Shown: piece by piece, positions 9,560-19,861 of the stretch
Numbering within the stretch: position 1 is the first letter of the stretch
Layout of the letters: every line of letters starts with the position of its first letter
NCBI GenBank assembly: GCA_039630545.1
Contig: JBCNUU010000005.1
Location: forward strand, 71,474 to 135,473
Length of the DNA stretch: 64,000 bases
Reading direction: 5' to 3'
DNA from: Endomicrobiia bacterium
GTDB taxonomy: Bacteria > Elusimicrobiota > Endomicrobiia > DTEH01
The notes under the pieces: model-generated
Told to the model about the DNA's origin: nothing
What the model saw: the letters and a program-made list of their open reading frames with translations, nothing else
Databases searched by the model: none
Position numbers and translations under genes: made by a program

Positions 9560-10849
9560 TTATTTTCTGATTATTGGCAATAATGTTGAACCATCGGGAA
9601 TTATATAGCAGAGGTTTATAGTGTCTTTAAGGTATTTTTTAGCTTTTTGTATTGCTAAATTGATATTTTTTGCATAAATAAATTTTAATTTTTCTACTAT
9701 TTTTTTATTTAACGAAGATATAAGGATACATTTATAATTATTAAGAATTTTTGCTGTAAGATAGGCTCTATGAACTTCTACTTCTATTTCGTTTTGCTTT
9801 AAAGATAGAATTTCATCTATGTCTTTTGTTAAAAGTGTATCAGCAAATATTTTTTGACCAATTCCTTCCTGACAGTTTGCTACTAATATAATTACTCCTT
9901 CCGGTTTTGTCACGATAGAGGCACAAGTTAAGCTTTTTTGTGCTTGGTAGAGGTTTATGTCTCGTGGATAACCTCCACAACTTACTATGGTTAGATCTGA
10001 AAGTTTTTTTATTTTTACTGCTGAAGTTGCTTCAAGTATTTCTATACCTTTCTTGAATACCTTTTCTAAGTTTCCACTTAATATTTTAATTAAATTTTTT
10101 TCTGAATCTTTTATGAAATTAATACAAAATATTTTGGTTTTTTGTTTTAAAAGTTGATAAGTCTCCATTATATCTTGATAAATTTTATTATTTTTTAAGT
10201 TCCCCATATATGAGGCACTATCCACGACGAAGGAGTGGTTATATGTAATAGAATCTCTTCCAGCAACTCCAGGAAGTAAACTTTTAGCACCTCCAGAAAA
10301 CCCGGCAAAAGCATGAGTATCTATTGTTCCTGTAAGAATCACTAATTGTGCGTTAATTACATATTTGTTAAGATAAATTTTATTTCCCAGAGAAGTTTCT
10401 CCTAAAAATGTAAGAAATTTTTTGTTGTCACAGTCGTGGTTTATAAATTCAAATTTTTTTACTAACTCTTCTCCATACAGTCGTATATTTTCTTCAGTAG
10501 TGTGTGGTCTATGAGTACCTGTGGCTATGAGGAATTTTATATTTTTATGATATTTGTGAGGAATGTAGTTAATGAGTGCTTTTAAGACTTCTTTATAATA
10601 GGGCATTACTCTTGTGATGTCTGGAATCACTATAGTTATAAGTTCAGGCTTAAGTTTGTTTAAGATGCTAATTAAAGGAGGAGTTTCTATTGGAGCATTG
10701 AGTGAGTTTTTTATAGCTGTAGAGATATCTCTGATGATTCTACTTTTATTTTTTCTTTCTTGTTGTAAAATTTTTATATTTTTTGTGGGAATCTCAGATA
10801 ACCTTAAGTCTATATTTTCAAAACCATATTTTAATAGAATATTCTTCAT
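9560..10849 (-). CDS. larA: LarA-family nickel-pincer racemase/epimerase
   Basis: PDITR, ATGTHR, HAFAGFSGGAK, PRDINLYQAQK motifs. Confidence 0.85.
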   Translation of the reverse strand: MKNILLKYGFENIDLRLSEIPTKNIKILQQERKNKSRIIRDISTAIKNSLNAPIETPPLISILNKLKPELITIVIPDITRVMPYYKEVLKALINYIPHKYHKNIKFLIATGTHRPHTTEENIRLYGEELVKKFEFINHDCDNKKFLTFLGETSLGNKIYLNKYVINAQLVILTGTIDTHAFAGFSGGAKSLLPGVAGRDSITYNHSFVVDSASYMGNLKNNKIYQDIMETYQLLKQKTKIFCINFIKDSEKNLIKILSGNLEKVFKKGIEILEATSAVKIKKLSDLTIVSCGGYPRDINLYQAQKSLTCASIVTKPEGVIILVANCQEGIGQKIFADTLLTKDIDEILSLKQNEIEVEVHRAYLTAKILNNYKCILISSLNKKIVEKLKFIYAKNINLAIQKAKKYLKDTINLCYIIPDGSTLLPIIRK

Positions 10850-10862
10850 TTTCCATACAAAC

Positions 10863-10934
10863 TGCCCCTAGGAGGAATTGAACCTCCATACTCCCGTCCG
10901 GAGCGGGATGCTTTATCCGTTAAGCTATAGGGGC
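10863..10934 (-). tRNA. tRNA-Arg(CCG), CCA not encoded
   Basis: GCCCCTA/TAGGGGC acceptor stem, anticodon arm TCCCG-CTCCGGA-CGGGA, T-loop GTTCAATTC. Confidence 0.95.
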
Positions 10935-10938
10935 TTTT

Positions 10939-13557
10939 TTATTGTGTAAGAATGTTTAAAATTGTGTGGATAGATATAGGTTTTTCTTCTATAATACTTC
11001 CTCCCCCTTGCACAAAATCATCTCTACCGGCTAGTCTAATGTTTAGATTCTTAGATATCTTTTCGGCAAACTTTTGTGAGGTTAGTCCTTGTTGGATTAG
11101 TGTTGGAGTTGTTCTTATTACTATTGAAATTTTTTCTTTTTGTGTTGAATACAAAACTACTAAGTAAGGTTCTTTTTCATATTTTCTAATTATTTCGTCT
11201 GAAAGTGTCCTTAATTGTCTAAGTTCTATATCTGGTATGTGTTTTATGTAAAATTTTATTCCATTCAGTTCCTGTGAAATTTCCTGTGAGTGTTGAGATG
11301 TTAAGTTTAATTTTATGTTTTCAATTTCTTTTTGCAACTTTTTATTTTCCTGAATTAATTTTTCAATTTTAAATTTTATTTCTTCCAGATTTGTAGTGCC
11401 TAACATATATCCTATCTCAGATAAGATTTTTGAAAGATTGTCAATATAATAAGAAACTTTTTCTCCACAAATAGCTTCAATTCTTCTTATGTTAGTCCCT
11501 ACGGAGGTTTCAGACAGTATTTTAAAAATTCCTATCTCTCCTGTGTTAGAACAATGTGTTCCACCACAAAGTTCTATACTATAGGGAGGTTTTATAATTC
11601 TATCATTTTCTATTTTACCTCCTATTGCTATTACACGAACTTGCTGTTGATATTTTTCTTCAAAAAGAGCAGTTGCTCCTAATTTTTTTGCTTTTTCAAG
11701 GTCAGTATGAATTACCTCTACCGGAAGACATTCAAGTATTTTTTGGTTTACAATTTTTTCAATCTGAGAAATTTCATCGCTGGACAATGCTTTCCAGTGA
11801 ATAAAATCAAACCTGAAGTAATTATCTGCTACTAAAGATCCGGATTGTGTTGCATGTTCTCCTAGTATTTCCTTTAGCGCTTTATGTAATAGGTGAGTAG
11901 CTGTGTGATGCCTCATTATATTTTTTCTTTTTTGTATGTTTACTTTAAGTATAAAATCAGAGTTAGTTTCTATTTCCTGGTAAAGATAAGCAATATGGAC
12001 CGTTCTGTTTTCTATTTTTTTTGTATCTTTTACTTCTGCTACAATTTTATTATCTAAAGTTTCTATAGTTCCACTATCACCTATTTGACCTCCCGACTCA
12101 CCATAAAATGTTGTAATATCAAAGATTAATTCTACCTCTTCATTTTTTGATGCTTTATTTATAACTTTTGTGTCTTTAATTATACCTAAAAGTTTAGCCT
12201 TAGTTGAGAATTCTTCATATCCTATGAATTTTGTCTGCGGGAATAAGAGATATATATCTTTATTTACTACTTTTACTCCTTTCCAGCTTGCTTTTGAAAT
12301 ATCCTTTGATTTTTTTTGAATTTCTAAAAATTCTTTTTCATTATAAGAAAGATTTTTTTCTTTTAATATCTCATCAATCAATTCTTTTGGAAAACCATAT
12401 GTATCGTATAATTTAAACACTACATCTGCAGGGATTATATCTTTATATTTTTTTGTTAATTCATCTATGAGCTTTATCCCTTCGTCTAGTGTTTCTAAAA
12501 ATTTTTCTTCTTCAGATTTGATAATAACAGATACTTTCTCTCTATGTAATTCTATTTCAGGATATACACTCCTCATTATCTCTACGACTTTTGGGACAAG
12601 TTTGTATAAAATTGGTTTATTATAGTTTAACAATTTTACATACCTTAAAGCACGGCGAATTATTTTCCTTATCACATATCCTCTGGATTCATTAGAGGGT
12701 AAAATTCCTTCGGATATAGCAAATGTTGCTGCTCTTATGTGGTCAGATATAGCATTAATGTAAATGTCAAAATTCTCTGAATTTGAAGATATGTATTTTT
12801 TAAATTCTTCTTTTATTGGCATGAAAAGATCGGTCTCAAATACACTTTTTAAGTTATTTACTACCATGCATAATCGTTCAAGTCCCATGCCTGTATCAAT
12901 ATTTTTTTGTTTTAAAGGAACAAGTTTGCCGTCTTTTTGTAGATCAAATTGAGTAAACACTAGATTCCAGACCTCTAAAAATCTATCACAGCCACACTGT
13001 GGTCCACAATCAGGTTTTTTACATCCAAATTCATCTCCCAAATCATAAAGAATCTCAGAACATGGACCACAGGGACCACTGTCTCCCATTTTCCAGAAGT
13101 TAGTTTCTTCTGAAAGTTTATATATTTTACTTGTAGGTAAAATTTTTGACCAAATTTCATATGCTTCATCATCATCTTTATATACAGTAATATATAAGCG
13201 AGTTCTATCTAAATTTACAACATTGCATATAAACTCCCATGCCCAATGAATTGCTTCTTTTTTAAAATAATCACCAAAAGAAAAATTCCCGAGCATTTCA
13301 AAAAATGTAAGATGTCTTATTGTATGTCCAACTTTTTCTATGTCAGATGTTCTTAGACATTTCTGTATAGAGCAAGCACGTTTTAGCCCTGTCTTTTTAG
13401 CCAGAAAATAATCTTTAAACTGGACCATCCCTGCAGAAGTAAAAAGAAGAGTTGGATCTGAAGAAGGGATAAGGGAATCGGAGTTAAAAACTATATGATT
13501 TAAAGATCCAAAGTATTCAATAAATTTTTTTCTTATTTCTGTTGAAGTTATCTTCAT
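10939..13557 (-). CDS. alaS: Alanine--tRNA ligase
   Basis: DPTLLFTSAGMVQFK, HLTFFEMLGNFSFGDYFK, HTATHLL, ELCGGTH; start moved to ATG 13557 (ATGA overlap with upstream stop). Confidence 0.97.
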   Translation of the reverse strand: MKITSTEIRKKFIEYFGSLNHIVFNSDSLIPSSDPTLLFTSAGMVQFKDYFLAKKTGLKRACSIQKCLRTSDIEKVGHTIRHLTFFEMLGNFSFGDYFKKEAIHWAWEFICNVVNLDRTRLYITVYKDDDEAYEIWSKILPTSKIYKLSEETNFWKMGDSGPCGPCSEILYDLGDEFGCKKPDCGPQCGCDRFLEVWNLVFTQFDLQKDGKLVPLKQKNIDTGMGLERLCMVVNNLKSVFETDLFMPIKEEFKKYISSNSENFDIYINAISDHIRAATFAISEGILPSNESRGYVIRKIIRRALRYVKLLNYNKPILYKLVPKVVEIMRSVYPEIELHREKVSVIIKSEEEKFLETLDEGIKLIDELTKKYKDIIPADVVFKLYDTYGFPKELIDEILKEKNLSYNEKEFLEIQKKSKDISKASWKGVKVVNKDIYLLFPQTKFIGYEEFSTKAKLLGIIKDTKVINKASKNEEVELIFDITTFYGESGGQIGDSGTIETLDNKIVAEVKDTKKIENRTVHIAYLYQEIETNSDFILKVNIQKRKNIMRHHTATHLLHKALKEILGEHATQSGSLVADNYFRFDFIHWKALSSDEISQIEKIVNQKILECLPVEVIHTDLEKAKKLGATALFEEKYQQQVRVIAIGGKIENDRIIKPPYSIELCGGTHCSNTGEIGIFKILSETSVGTNIRRIEAICGEKVSYYIDNLSKILSEIGYMLGTTNLEEIKFKIEKLIQENKKLQKEIENIKLNLTSQHSQEISQELNGIKFYIKHIPDIELRQLRTLSDEIIRKYEKEPYLVVLYSTQKEKISIVIRTTPTLIQQGLTSQKFAEKISKNLNIRLAGRDDFVQGGGSIIEEKPISIHTILNILTQ

Positions 13558-14747
13558 TTTAAATAAGTTATAATTATAAATATAGATATTATTAAACTGG
13601 CCCATGGAAGCAAAGTATTTACTAGCCACTGACCAGTAACTAAAGGTTTTTTAGGCACATAAATTACATCTCCAGGTTGTAATTTTTTGTTATACTTTAA
13701 TTCCCCTTTAAATAGTTTTTTTCCATTTATGTCAATCACTTCTCTGGAACCATCAGGGTTTTCTCTAAAAATTCTTATGGTTGTCAGATTTGCGATATCT
13801 GTTGGACCACCAGCTAAACTCAGAGCTTTTAATAAATCTAAATCATCCTGCCATTCAAAATTTCTAGGATTTATCACAGAGCCTATTACTGAGATGGATT
13901 TTAGTTGTTTTGGAACCTCTATTATATCTGCTGGTTCTAACAATACATCTTTTGATGTATCCATCATAATTTCTTCAAAATTTACCAGTATAGTTTTTTG
14001 TTTTCCTTTCTTTATTCTATGAATTCTTATATTTTTTGTTCCAGCATCAGGAGTAAATCCACCTGCACAAGAAATTATTTCCAGTAATTTTAATCCATCA
14101 TAATATTGATAACCTCCGGGATTTCTTACTTCTCCTATAATAAAAACTTGCTTTTTAGCAAAATATCTTATTGCAATACTTACTTTTGGTTTTGAAATAT
14201 ATACCGAAAGGTTTTTTTCTAAAAGGTTCTGTAATTCTTTTATAGTTAAACCTTCAACTTTTAGTTTTCCAATTAAAGGAAAAGATATTTTACCATCTGG
14301 TAATACAATTACTTCAGTAGATAACTCCTCTGTTGGAAATACACTAATATATAAAATATCGCCAGTAGAAATTCTATATTTCTCATCTTCAATAATCTTT
14401 TTGAATTCTTTTTTTTCTTCATCGATGTTAGGATTTTTTAACAAAGCTTCTGCTGTTGAGGTGGATAATGAAGTTGTCGTTTTTGAAGATTTCTCTTTTT
14501 CCAGTTGAAGTTTTAAAGTTTCAATTTCCTTTGTTAATTTTGAAAGATCTAAATTTGTAGTTTTATACTTTTGATATATTCTGTCCAGAATATATAATTT
14601 GTCATTTGTGGTAAGATCTTTTCTTTGAGATGCTATTTTATAATAATAGTTTAAATCAGATTCTAAATCTTTTTGAGTATAATTTTTAGAATAGGAGATG
14701 CTTGCTATTATTACACTGAATATTAATATTATAAACAAATCTTTCAT
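13554..14747 (-). CDS. Polysaccharide export protein, Wza-like (Poly_export plus 2 SLBB)
   Basis: YRISTGDILYISV..VLPDGKISFPLIG, GEVRNPG, LQPGDVIYVP; C-terminal hydrophobic helix. Confidence 0.85.
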   Translation of the reverse strand: MKDLFIILIFSVIIASISYSKNYTQKDLESDLNYYYKIASQRKDLTTNDKLYILDRIYQKYKTTNLDLSKLTKEIETLKLQLEKEKSSKTTTSLSTSTAEALLKNPNIDEEKKEFKKIIEDEKYRISTGDILYISVFPTEELSTEVIVLPDGKISFPLIGKLKVEGLTIKELQNLLEKNLSVYISKPKVSIAIRYFAKKQVFIIGEVRNPGGYQYYDGLKLLEIISCAGGFTPDAGTKNIRIHRIKKGKQKTILVNFEEIMMDTSKDVLLEPADIIEVPKQLKSISVIGSVINPRNFEWQDDLDLLKALSLAGGPTDIANLTTIRIFRENPDGSREVIDINGKKLFKGELKYNKKLQPGDVIYVPKKPLVTGQWLVNTLLPWASLIISIFIIITYLK

Positions 14748-14770
14748 ATATTTCTATTTATATAATTAAA

Positions 14771-15541
14771 TTAAAATTTTTCAACTTTGTTTTTAAAAGT
14801 TCTATAGATTTCATATAAAATAATTCCACAACTAACACTTACATTTAATGACTGCATTTTTGAAGAATGTTCAATAGTTATTATTCCATCACACTCGTTT
14901 AAGATGTTTTTTCTTATACCTTTTTCTTCGTTACCAAAAACTATACCTATATTATTTAACTTTGATATTTCTGATATTTCTGTGAGATTTGTCTGTGAAA
15001 AACTACTTTCTTTAGGTACGGTTGCATATATCCAGAAATTTATTTTTTTTAGTTCTACTATAGCGTGATGGATATTTTTTACTTTTACTATATCTAAGTT
15101 ATATATCCCTCCTTTAGATACTTCAATTACTGATTGTGTGATTGGCACTTGATTCCATTGTTGAATAAAAATACCATCCACATCAAATGCAGAAGATGTT
15201 CTAATTATTGCTCCAAAATTTTGTGGGTCTTTTATTTCGTCAAGTAATACCACGAGATTTTTTTCTTTTTTCTTTGTTTTGTTTATAAATTCATCTATAG
15301 TTAAATACTTCACAGGTGAGGTAATTAAAAGAACTCCACTGTATCCTTGATTAAAAATGTCTAGGATTTTTTGTTTTGGAACAGACAAAAAAGATACTTT
15401 TTTATTTTTAGCAATTTCAATTATTTCTTTTATATCCGAACCACTAGCATTATTTGCTATATAAAGTTTAGAAACATATTGAGGTGAATTTTTTATTATT
15501 TCTTTTATTAGTTTTTTTGATGTTAAAAAATTTTCTGCCAT
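14771..15541 (-). CDS. rlmB: 23S rRNA Gm2251 methyltransferase (TrmH/SpoU family)
   Basis: DPQNFGAIIRT, GNEEKG, SLNVSVS; follows cysS. Confidence 0.85.
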   Translation of the reverse strand: MAENFLTSKKLIKEIIKNSPQYVSKLYIANNASGSDIKEIIEIAKNKKVSFLSVPKQKILDIFNQGYSGVLLITSPVKYLTIDEFINKTKKKEKNLVVLLDEIKDPQNFGAIIRTSSAFDVDGIFIQQWNQVPITQSVIEVSKGGIYNLDIVKVKNIHHAIVELKKINFWIYATVPKESSFSQTNLTEISEISKLNNIGIVFGNEEKGIRKNILNECDGIITIEHSSKMQSLNVSVSCGIILYEIYRTFKNKVEKF

Positions 15542-15543
15542 AT

Positions 15544-16935
15544 TTATTGCTTAGGCCTAACCTTAGGGCCATAATGAGTGTCTTCAACTATATACCCTAA
15601 AGATAGAATTTTTTGTCTTATCTGATCTGCTTTTTGGTACTCTTTGTGTTTTCTTGCAATTTCTCTTTCTAAAAGTAACTCTTTTATCTGCTGAGGTATT
15701 TCTATTTGTGTTGGAATTTCTATTCCTAGGATGTTCAACATACCTAAAAATTTTTCATATAAGTATTGAAAATCTGTTTTATTTTTAGAGTCTAAACTAA
15801 ATATTAGTGATACCAACTTGTGAACTGCAGCTAAAGCTGCCGGTGTGTTGAGATTTTCTTCCATAGCCTTTTCAAATTCTTTTATGATTTCTTCTGTCTG
15901 TGATTTAACTAAATTGTTAACTGAATCTGTCTCATAAGATAAGTTTTTTATTTTTAGTTCTAATTCTTCAGAGGCATTAGTAAATTTTTGAATAACACTT
16001 TTATATTGTGGAAGCTCATTTAATGAAAAATCAACAGGTTTTTGATAATGTTGAGAAATTAAAAATAATCTTATTACATTAGGAGGAAAAAGTAAAAATA
16101 GATCTTTGAGTGCGAATATATTTTTTAATGATTTAGACATCTTCTGTTTATTTACTGTGACAAAACCATTGTGTAACCAATAGTTTACAAAAGTTTTTCC
16201 AGTAAGAGTTTCAGACTGAGCAATTTCATTTTCATGATGTGGAAAAATAAGATCCTGTCCTCCTCCATGAATGTCTAAAGTTTCACCCAGATATTTCATA
16301 CTCATTACAGAACATTCTATATGCCATCCAGGTCTTCCCTTCCCCCAAGGCGAGTCCCATGATGGTTCATTTTTGTCTTTTTGAAACTTCCACAATACAA
16401 AATCTAAAGGAGAAAGTTTTGTTTCATCTATTTCTATTCTCATACCAGCTACAAGTTCGTTTAGGTTTCTTTTTGAGAGTTTTCCATAATCTTTAAATTT
16501 TTGTACATTGAAGTAAACTCCAGTGGTGGTTATATAGGCTACATCTTTTTTTATAAGTTTATCTATAGCTAAAATAATATCCTCTATATGTTCAGAAACT
16601 TTTGGATAAAAATCGGCTGGAATTATGTTTAGTTTTTTTTCTACTTCAAAATATGAAGAAATATAATATTCTGTTAAATCTTTAATTGATTGATTTGTTT
16701 GCTTTGATTTTTCTATTATTTTGTCATCAATGTCAGTAAAATTCTGAATAGATTTTATGCTATAACCTTTGTATTTTAAATATCTTTTCACTACATCAAA
16801 AAATACATAGCATCTGGCATGACCAAGGTGTGTATCGTCATATGGAGTTATTCCGCACACATATATCTTTACTATTTTATCTTGTTGTGGTTTAAATAAT
16901 TCTAATTGTTGAGAGAGAGTATTGTATATTTTCAT
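15544..16935 (-). CDS. cysS: Cysteine--tRNA ligase
   Basis: [30 protein letters not shown]. Confidence 0.98.
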   Translation of the reverse strand: MKIYNTLSQQLELFKPQQDKIVKIYVCGITPYDDTHLGHARCYVFFDVVKRYLKYKGYSIKSIQNFTDIDDKIIEKSKQTNQSIKDLTEYYISSYFEVEKKLNIIPADFYPKVSEHIEDIILAIDKLIKKDVAYITTTGVYFNVQKFKDYGKLSKRNLNELVAGMRIEIDETKLSPLDFVLWKFQKDKNEPSWDSPWGKGRPGWHIECSVMSMKYLGETLDIHGGGQDLIFPHHENEIAQSETLTGKTFVNYWLHNGFVTVNKQKMSKSLKNIFALKDLFLLFPPNVIRLFLISQHYQKPVDFSLNELPQYKSVIQKFTNASEELELKIKNLSYETDSVNNLVKSQTEEIIKEFEKAMEENLNTPAALAAVHKLVSLIFSLDSKNKTDFQYLYEKFLGMLNILGIEIPTQIEIPQQIKELLLEREIARKHKEYQKADQIRQKILSLGYIVEDTHYGPKVRPKQ

Positions 16936-17393
16936 TTTTTAACAAGAACTACACTATAACATTGTATATAATTTTTAAAACATTTAATTTCTTCTGTTGT
17001 TTTTGCCTTTATATTTATTTTTTCTGCCAGAAAAATTTTTTTTAAAGAAGATAAAATTTTTTCTTTATGTTTTGAGATATTTGGTTTGTCACATATTAAG
17101 ACTATATCTATGTTTGATATTTTCATCTTTTTTGCCTTTAGAAATCTTAACACTTTTTTTGCAATTTCTATGCTAGAAATATTTTTATATCGAGGTATAT
17201 TTGGAAAAATTTCTCCTATATCTTTTTCTCCTGCTGCAGAAAGTAAAGCATCACATATAGAATGAAGTACTACATCACCATCTGAATGGCCCTCAAGCCC
17301 AAAGTTTTCTTCTATTTGTATACCTCCTAAAAAAAGTTTCCTTTTTTTAACTATTTTGTGAGAATCGTACCCTAATCCCACTATATAGTTCAT
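16932..17393 (-). CDS. ispF: 2-C-methyl-D-erythritol 2,4-cyclodiphosphate synthase
   Basis: GLGYDSH, GHSDGDVVLH, KAKTTE. Confidence 0.95.
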   Translation of the reverse strand: MNYIVGLGYDSHKIVKKRKLFLGGIQIEENFGLEGHSDGDVVLHSICDALLSAAGEKDIGEIFPNIPRYKNISSIEIAKKVLRFLKAKKMKISNIDIVLICDKPNISKHKEKILSSLKKIFLAEKINIKAKTTEEIKCFKNYIQCYSVVLVKK

Positions 17394-18085
17394 CTTTTTA
17401 AATAAGATAAAAGTTTAGTTAATTCTATATCTTGCTTAGTAGTTATTTTTATATTCGTTTTTTCTCCAGGTATTACTTTAATTTTATATCCCTCCAGTTC
17501 TGCTAGTTGTGAGTCATCTGTAATTTTTACTTTTTTTGTCCACTTGTATAAGATTTTTTTTGAATAAATATGATCAAACACTTCTTTTCTAAATACTTGA
17601 GGCGTCTGAACTAATACCAAATGTTCTCTTTTTAAAGTTTTAATAACAAATTTTGAATTTATAGATTTAATAGTATCCACAACAGGTACAACAGGAACTA
17701 CACAATCATAAAATTTTATTTCTTTTAAACATTTGTTAATTAAATCAGTACTTACAAAAGGTCTGGCAACATCGTGTATCAAAACAAATTTTACATCTTT
17801 GTCAATATATTTTGTAGCATTAAATACTGAGTCATATCTTTCTTTCCCACCAAAGACAATTTTTATGTCTTCTGTTTTCTTTAGAGAGACTATGTTATTT
17901 ACTTTTTTAAGATCATTTTTGTCTATTACCAGTATAATTTGAGAAAAACATTTTAACTTATAAAATTTCTCTAACACATATTCTAATAATGGCTTATTTT
18001 CAATTTTTAAAAATTGTTTTTTTGTTGAAAATTGAAATCTTTTGCTTTTTCCTGCAGCAAGTAAAATAGCTGAAATTTTCTCCAT
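17390..18085 (-). CDS. ispD: 2-C-methyl-D-erythritol 4-phosphate cytidylyltransferase
   Basis: LAAGKSKR, LIHDVARP, VQTPQVF, NIKITT. Confidence 0.95.
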   Translation of the reverse strand: MEKISAILLAAGKSKRFQFSTKKQFLKIENKPLLEYVLEKFYKLKCFSQIILVIDKNDLKKVNNIVSLKKTEDIKIVFGGKERYDSVFNATKYIDKDVKFVLIHDVARPFVSTDLINKCLKEIKFYDCVVPVVPVVDTIKSINSKFVIKTLKREHLVLVQTPQVFRKEVFDHIYSKKILYKWTKKVKITDDSQLAELEGYKIKVIPGEKTNIKITTKQDIELTKLLSYLKR

Positions 18086-18090
18086 AAAAA

Positions 18091-19059
18091 TTATAATGGT
18101 TTAGTAAAAATAATTCTGCCCGAAGGAGTTTGAAGTGTTGAGGTTACAATCACATCTATTTTTTTGTTTATAAATTTTCTTCCATCTTCTATTACTACCA
18201 TTGTCCCATCATCTAAATATCCCACTCCTTGATTATAATCTTTGCCTTCTTTGATTACATGTATTGAAAAACTTTCTCCTGGCAGAAATACAGGTTTAAG
18301 AGCGTTTGATAGTTCATTTATATTCAATACAGTTATGTTTTCTAACGAAGCGATTCTGTTAAGGTTATAATCAACGGTTAAAATTTTAGCTCCAATCTCC
18401 TTTGCTAATTTTATAAGTTTAGCATCAGTTTCTTTTATATTTGGATAATCAATTTCTATTATGCTTATAGCATTTTCTTCTTTGAGTTTATTTAACATTT
18501 CCAGGCCTCTTTTTGCTCTTATACGTTTGTTGTGTTCTTGTGAATCAGCTAAAAGATGAAGTTCATGAAGGACAAATCTTGGAATTAAAAGTGGCGTATC
18601 TAAAAATTTAGTAGCTACTATATCTACTATTCTGCCATCAATAATCATAGATGTGTCTAATAAAACGAGGTTGTGTCTTGTTGATTTTGACTTTTTTATT
18701 ATATCTTTATCTAATAAATCAATTTCAGATTTTTTCTGTATTGCTATCATTAAGCCTAAATATGCAAAGCCAATTCTTATAAGCCATAAAAATTTTCTAA
18801 AAATATCCGACACAGCAGGTTCTTCTAAAAGAAATACTAAATAATCTATCAACTGTGCTGTTATAAGACCTAAAACTATTCCTATTATGGCAATTATTAA
18901 AGTGTCTAGTTTTATTTTAGAAATAATGAATTCTAATATAAAAACAACAACTCCAAATATAACTCCCACCAGTATACCGTATATATTTTTTTGTATCAAA
19001 AATCCTATAATACCGCTTAAAAATACAACTACTGCTCTTAAAATCCAAAACAATTTCAT
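18091..19059 (-). CDS. Membrane PIN/TRAM domain protein (YacL family)
   Basis: N-terminal TMs, LDTSMIIDGRI, GKDYNQGVGYLDDGTMVV, LQTPSGRIIF; canonical position before ispD. Confidence 0.93.
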   Translation of the reverse strand: MKLFWILRAVVVFLSGIIGFLIQKNIYGILVGVIFGVVVFILEFIISKIKLDTLIIAIIGIVLGLITAQLIDYLVFLLEEPAVSDIFRKFLWLIRIGFAYLGLMIAIQKKSEIDLLDKDIIKKSKSTRHNLVLLDTSMIIDGRIVDIVATKFLDTPLLIPRFVLHELHLLADSQEHNKRIRAKRGLEMLNKLKEENAISIIEIDYPNIKETDAKLIKLAKEIGAKILTVDYNLNRIASLENITVLNINELSNALKPVFLPGESFSIHVIKEGKDYNQGVGYLDDGTMVVIEDGRKFINKKIDVIVTSTLQTPSGRIIFTKPL

Positions 19060-19069
19060 AAATTCCTCC

Positions 19070-19771
19070 TCAGTTATGTGTTAATTTTATATCTGCTAAA
19101 TTTTTAACTAGAAAATCTGGATGGACAGTTTTTAGCTTTTTAAGTGAATAGGTATGAGCCACACCTATTGTTATAAATCCAGCAGCTTTTGCTGCATTTA
19201 TTCCATTTATTGAGTCTTCTATTACATATATTTGTTCATTTTTTATTTTTTTATTTAATTTTTTTTCCAGTTTATTTTTTGCTACTATATACGGTTCTGG
19301 CGAAGGTTTTCCATTTTTAACATCTTCTGCAGAGACTATTATACTGAACATTTTTTGAATTTTAAGTTTTTTTAAGATGTACAAAATTTCTTGCTTTAAA
19401 GCTCCAGATACAATACAAAGTTGTATGTTATAGAGTTTTTTGATATTATTTATAAACTTTAGTGTGTCCGGGAAGAATTCAAAACCATTAGTTTTAAGTT
19501 GTTTCATTAAGATTCTGTTTTTTTGTTTTATTAGCTTTTTTATCTGTGCTTTAGAAATTTCTTTATTTTGTTTTATTAAAAAAACTTTTTTAAAACAGCC
19601 TTTATCGTCATATGCTAAGTACTCTTTTAGGTATTCTTTTTTTGAAACATTTATATTAAAATTTTTTAATACTTGGTTAAAAGCTCTGAAATGCAACCAT
19701 TCTGTATTAGCTATTACACCATCAAAATCGAAAAATATTGCTTTACAATTTTCAAAAGGTATTCTTTTCAT
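19070..19771 (-). CDS. HAD-family phosphatase
   Basis: FDFDGVIANT, GKPSPEPY, IEDSING. Confidence 0.9.
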   Translation of the reverse strand: MKRIPFENCKAIFFDFDGVIANTEWLHFRAFNQVLKNFNINVSKKEYLKEYLAYDDKGCFKKVFLIKQNKEISKAQIKKLIKQKNRILMKQLKTNGFEFFPDTLKFINNIKKLYNIQLCIVSGALKQEILYILKKLKIQKMFSIIVSAEDVKNGKPSPEPYIVAKNKLEKKLNKKIKNEQIYVIEDSINGINAAKAAGFITIGVAHTYSLKKLKTVHPDFLVKNLADIKLTHN

Positions 19772-19861
19772 AAATTATTTATTTACAAGATGTTGAGAAT
19801 TAATTCAATATTTTATAAAAAACAACCTTGTTAGATTTTAAAAAATAGGAGGAAAAAATTA

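Noticed and set aside
13558..13629. N-terminal extension of AlaRS in the ORF track (likewise for secF, lysS, metK, tadA, purD)
   Set aside because: The extensions overlap upstream genes or lack an RBS; downstream ATGs fit the family starts better
19772..19861. Imperfect palindromes upstream of glnA
   Set aside because: They match neither the GlnR/TnrA (TGTNA-N7-TNACA) nor the NrpR (GGAA-N6-TTCC) consensus
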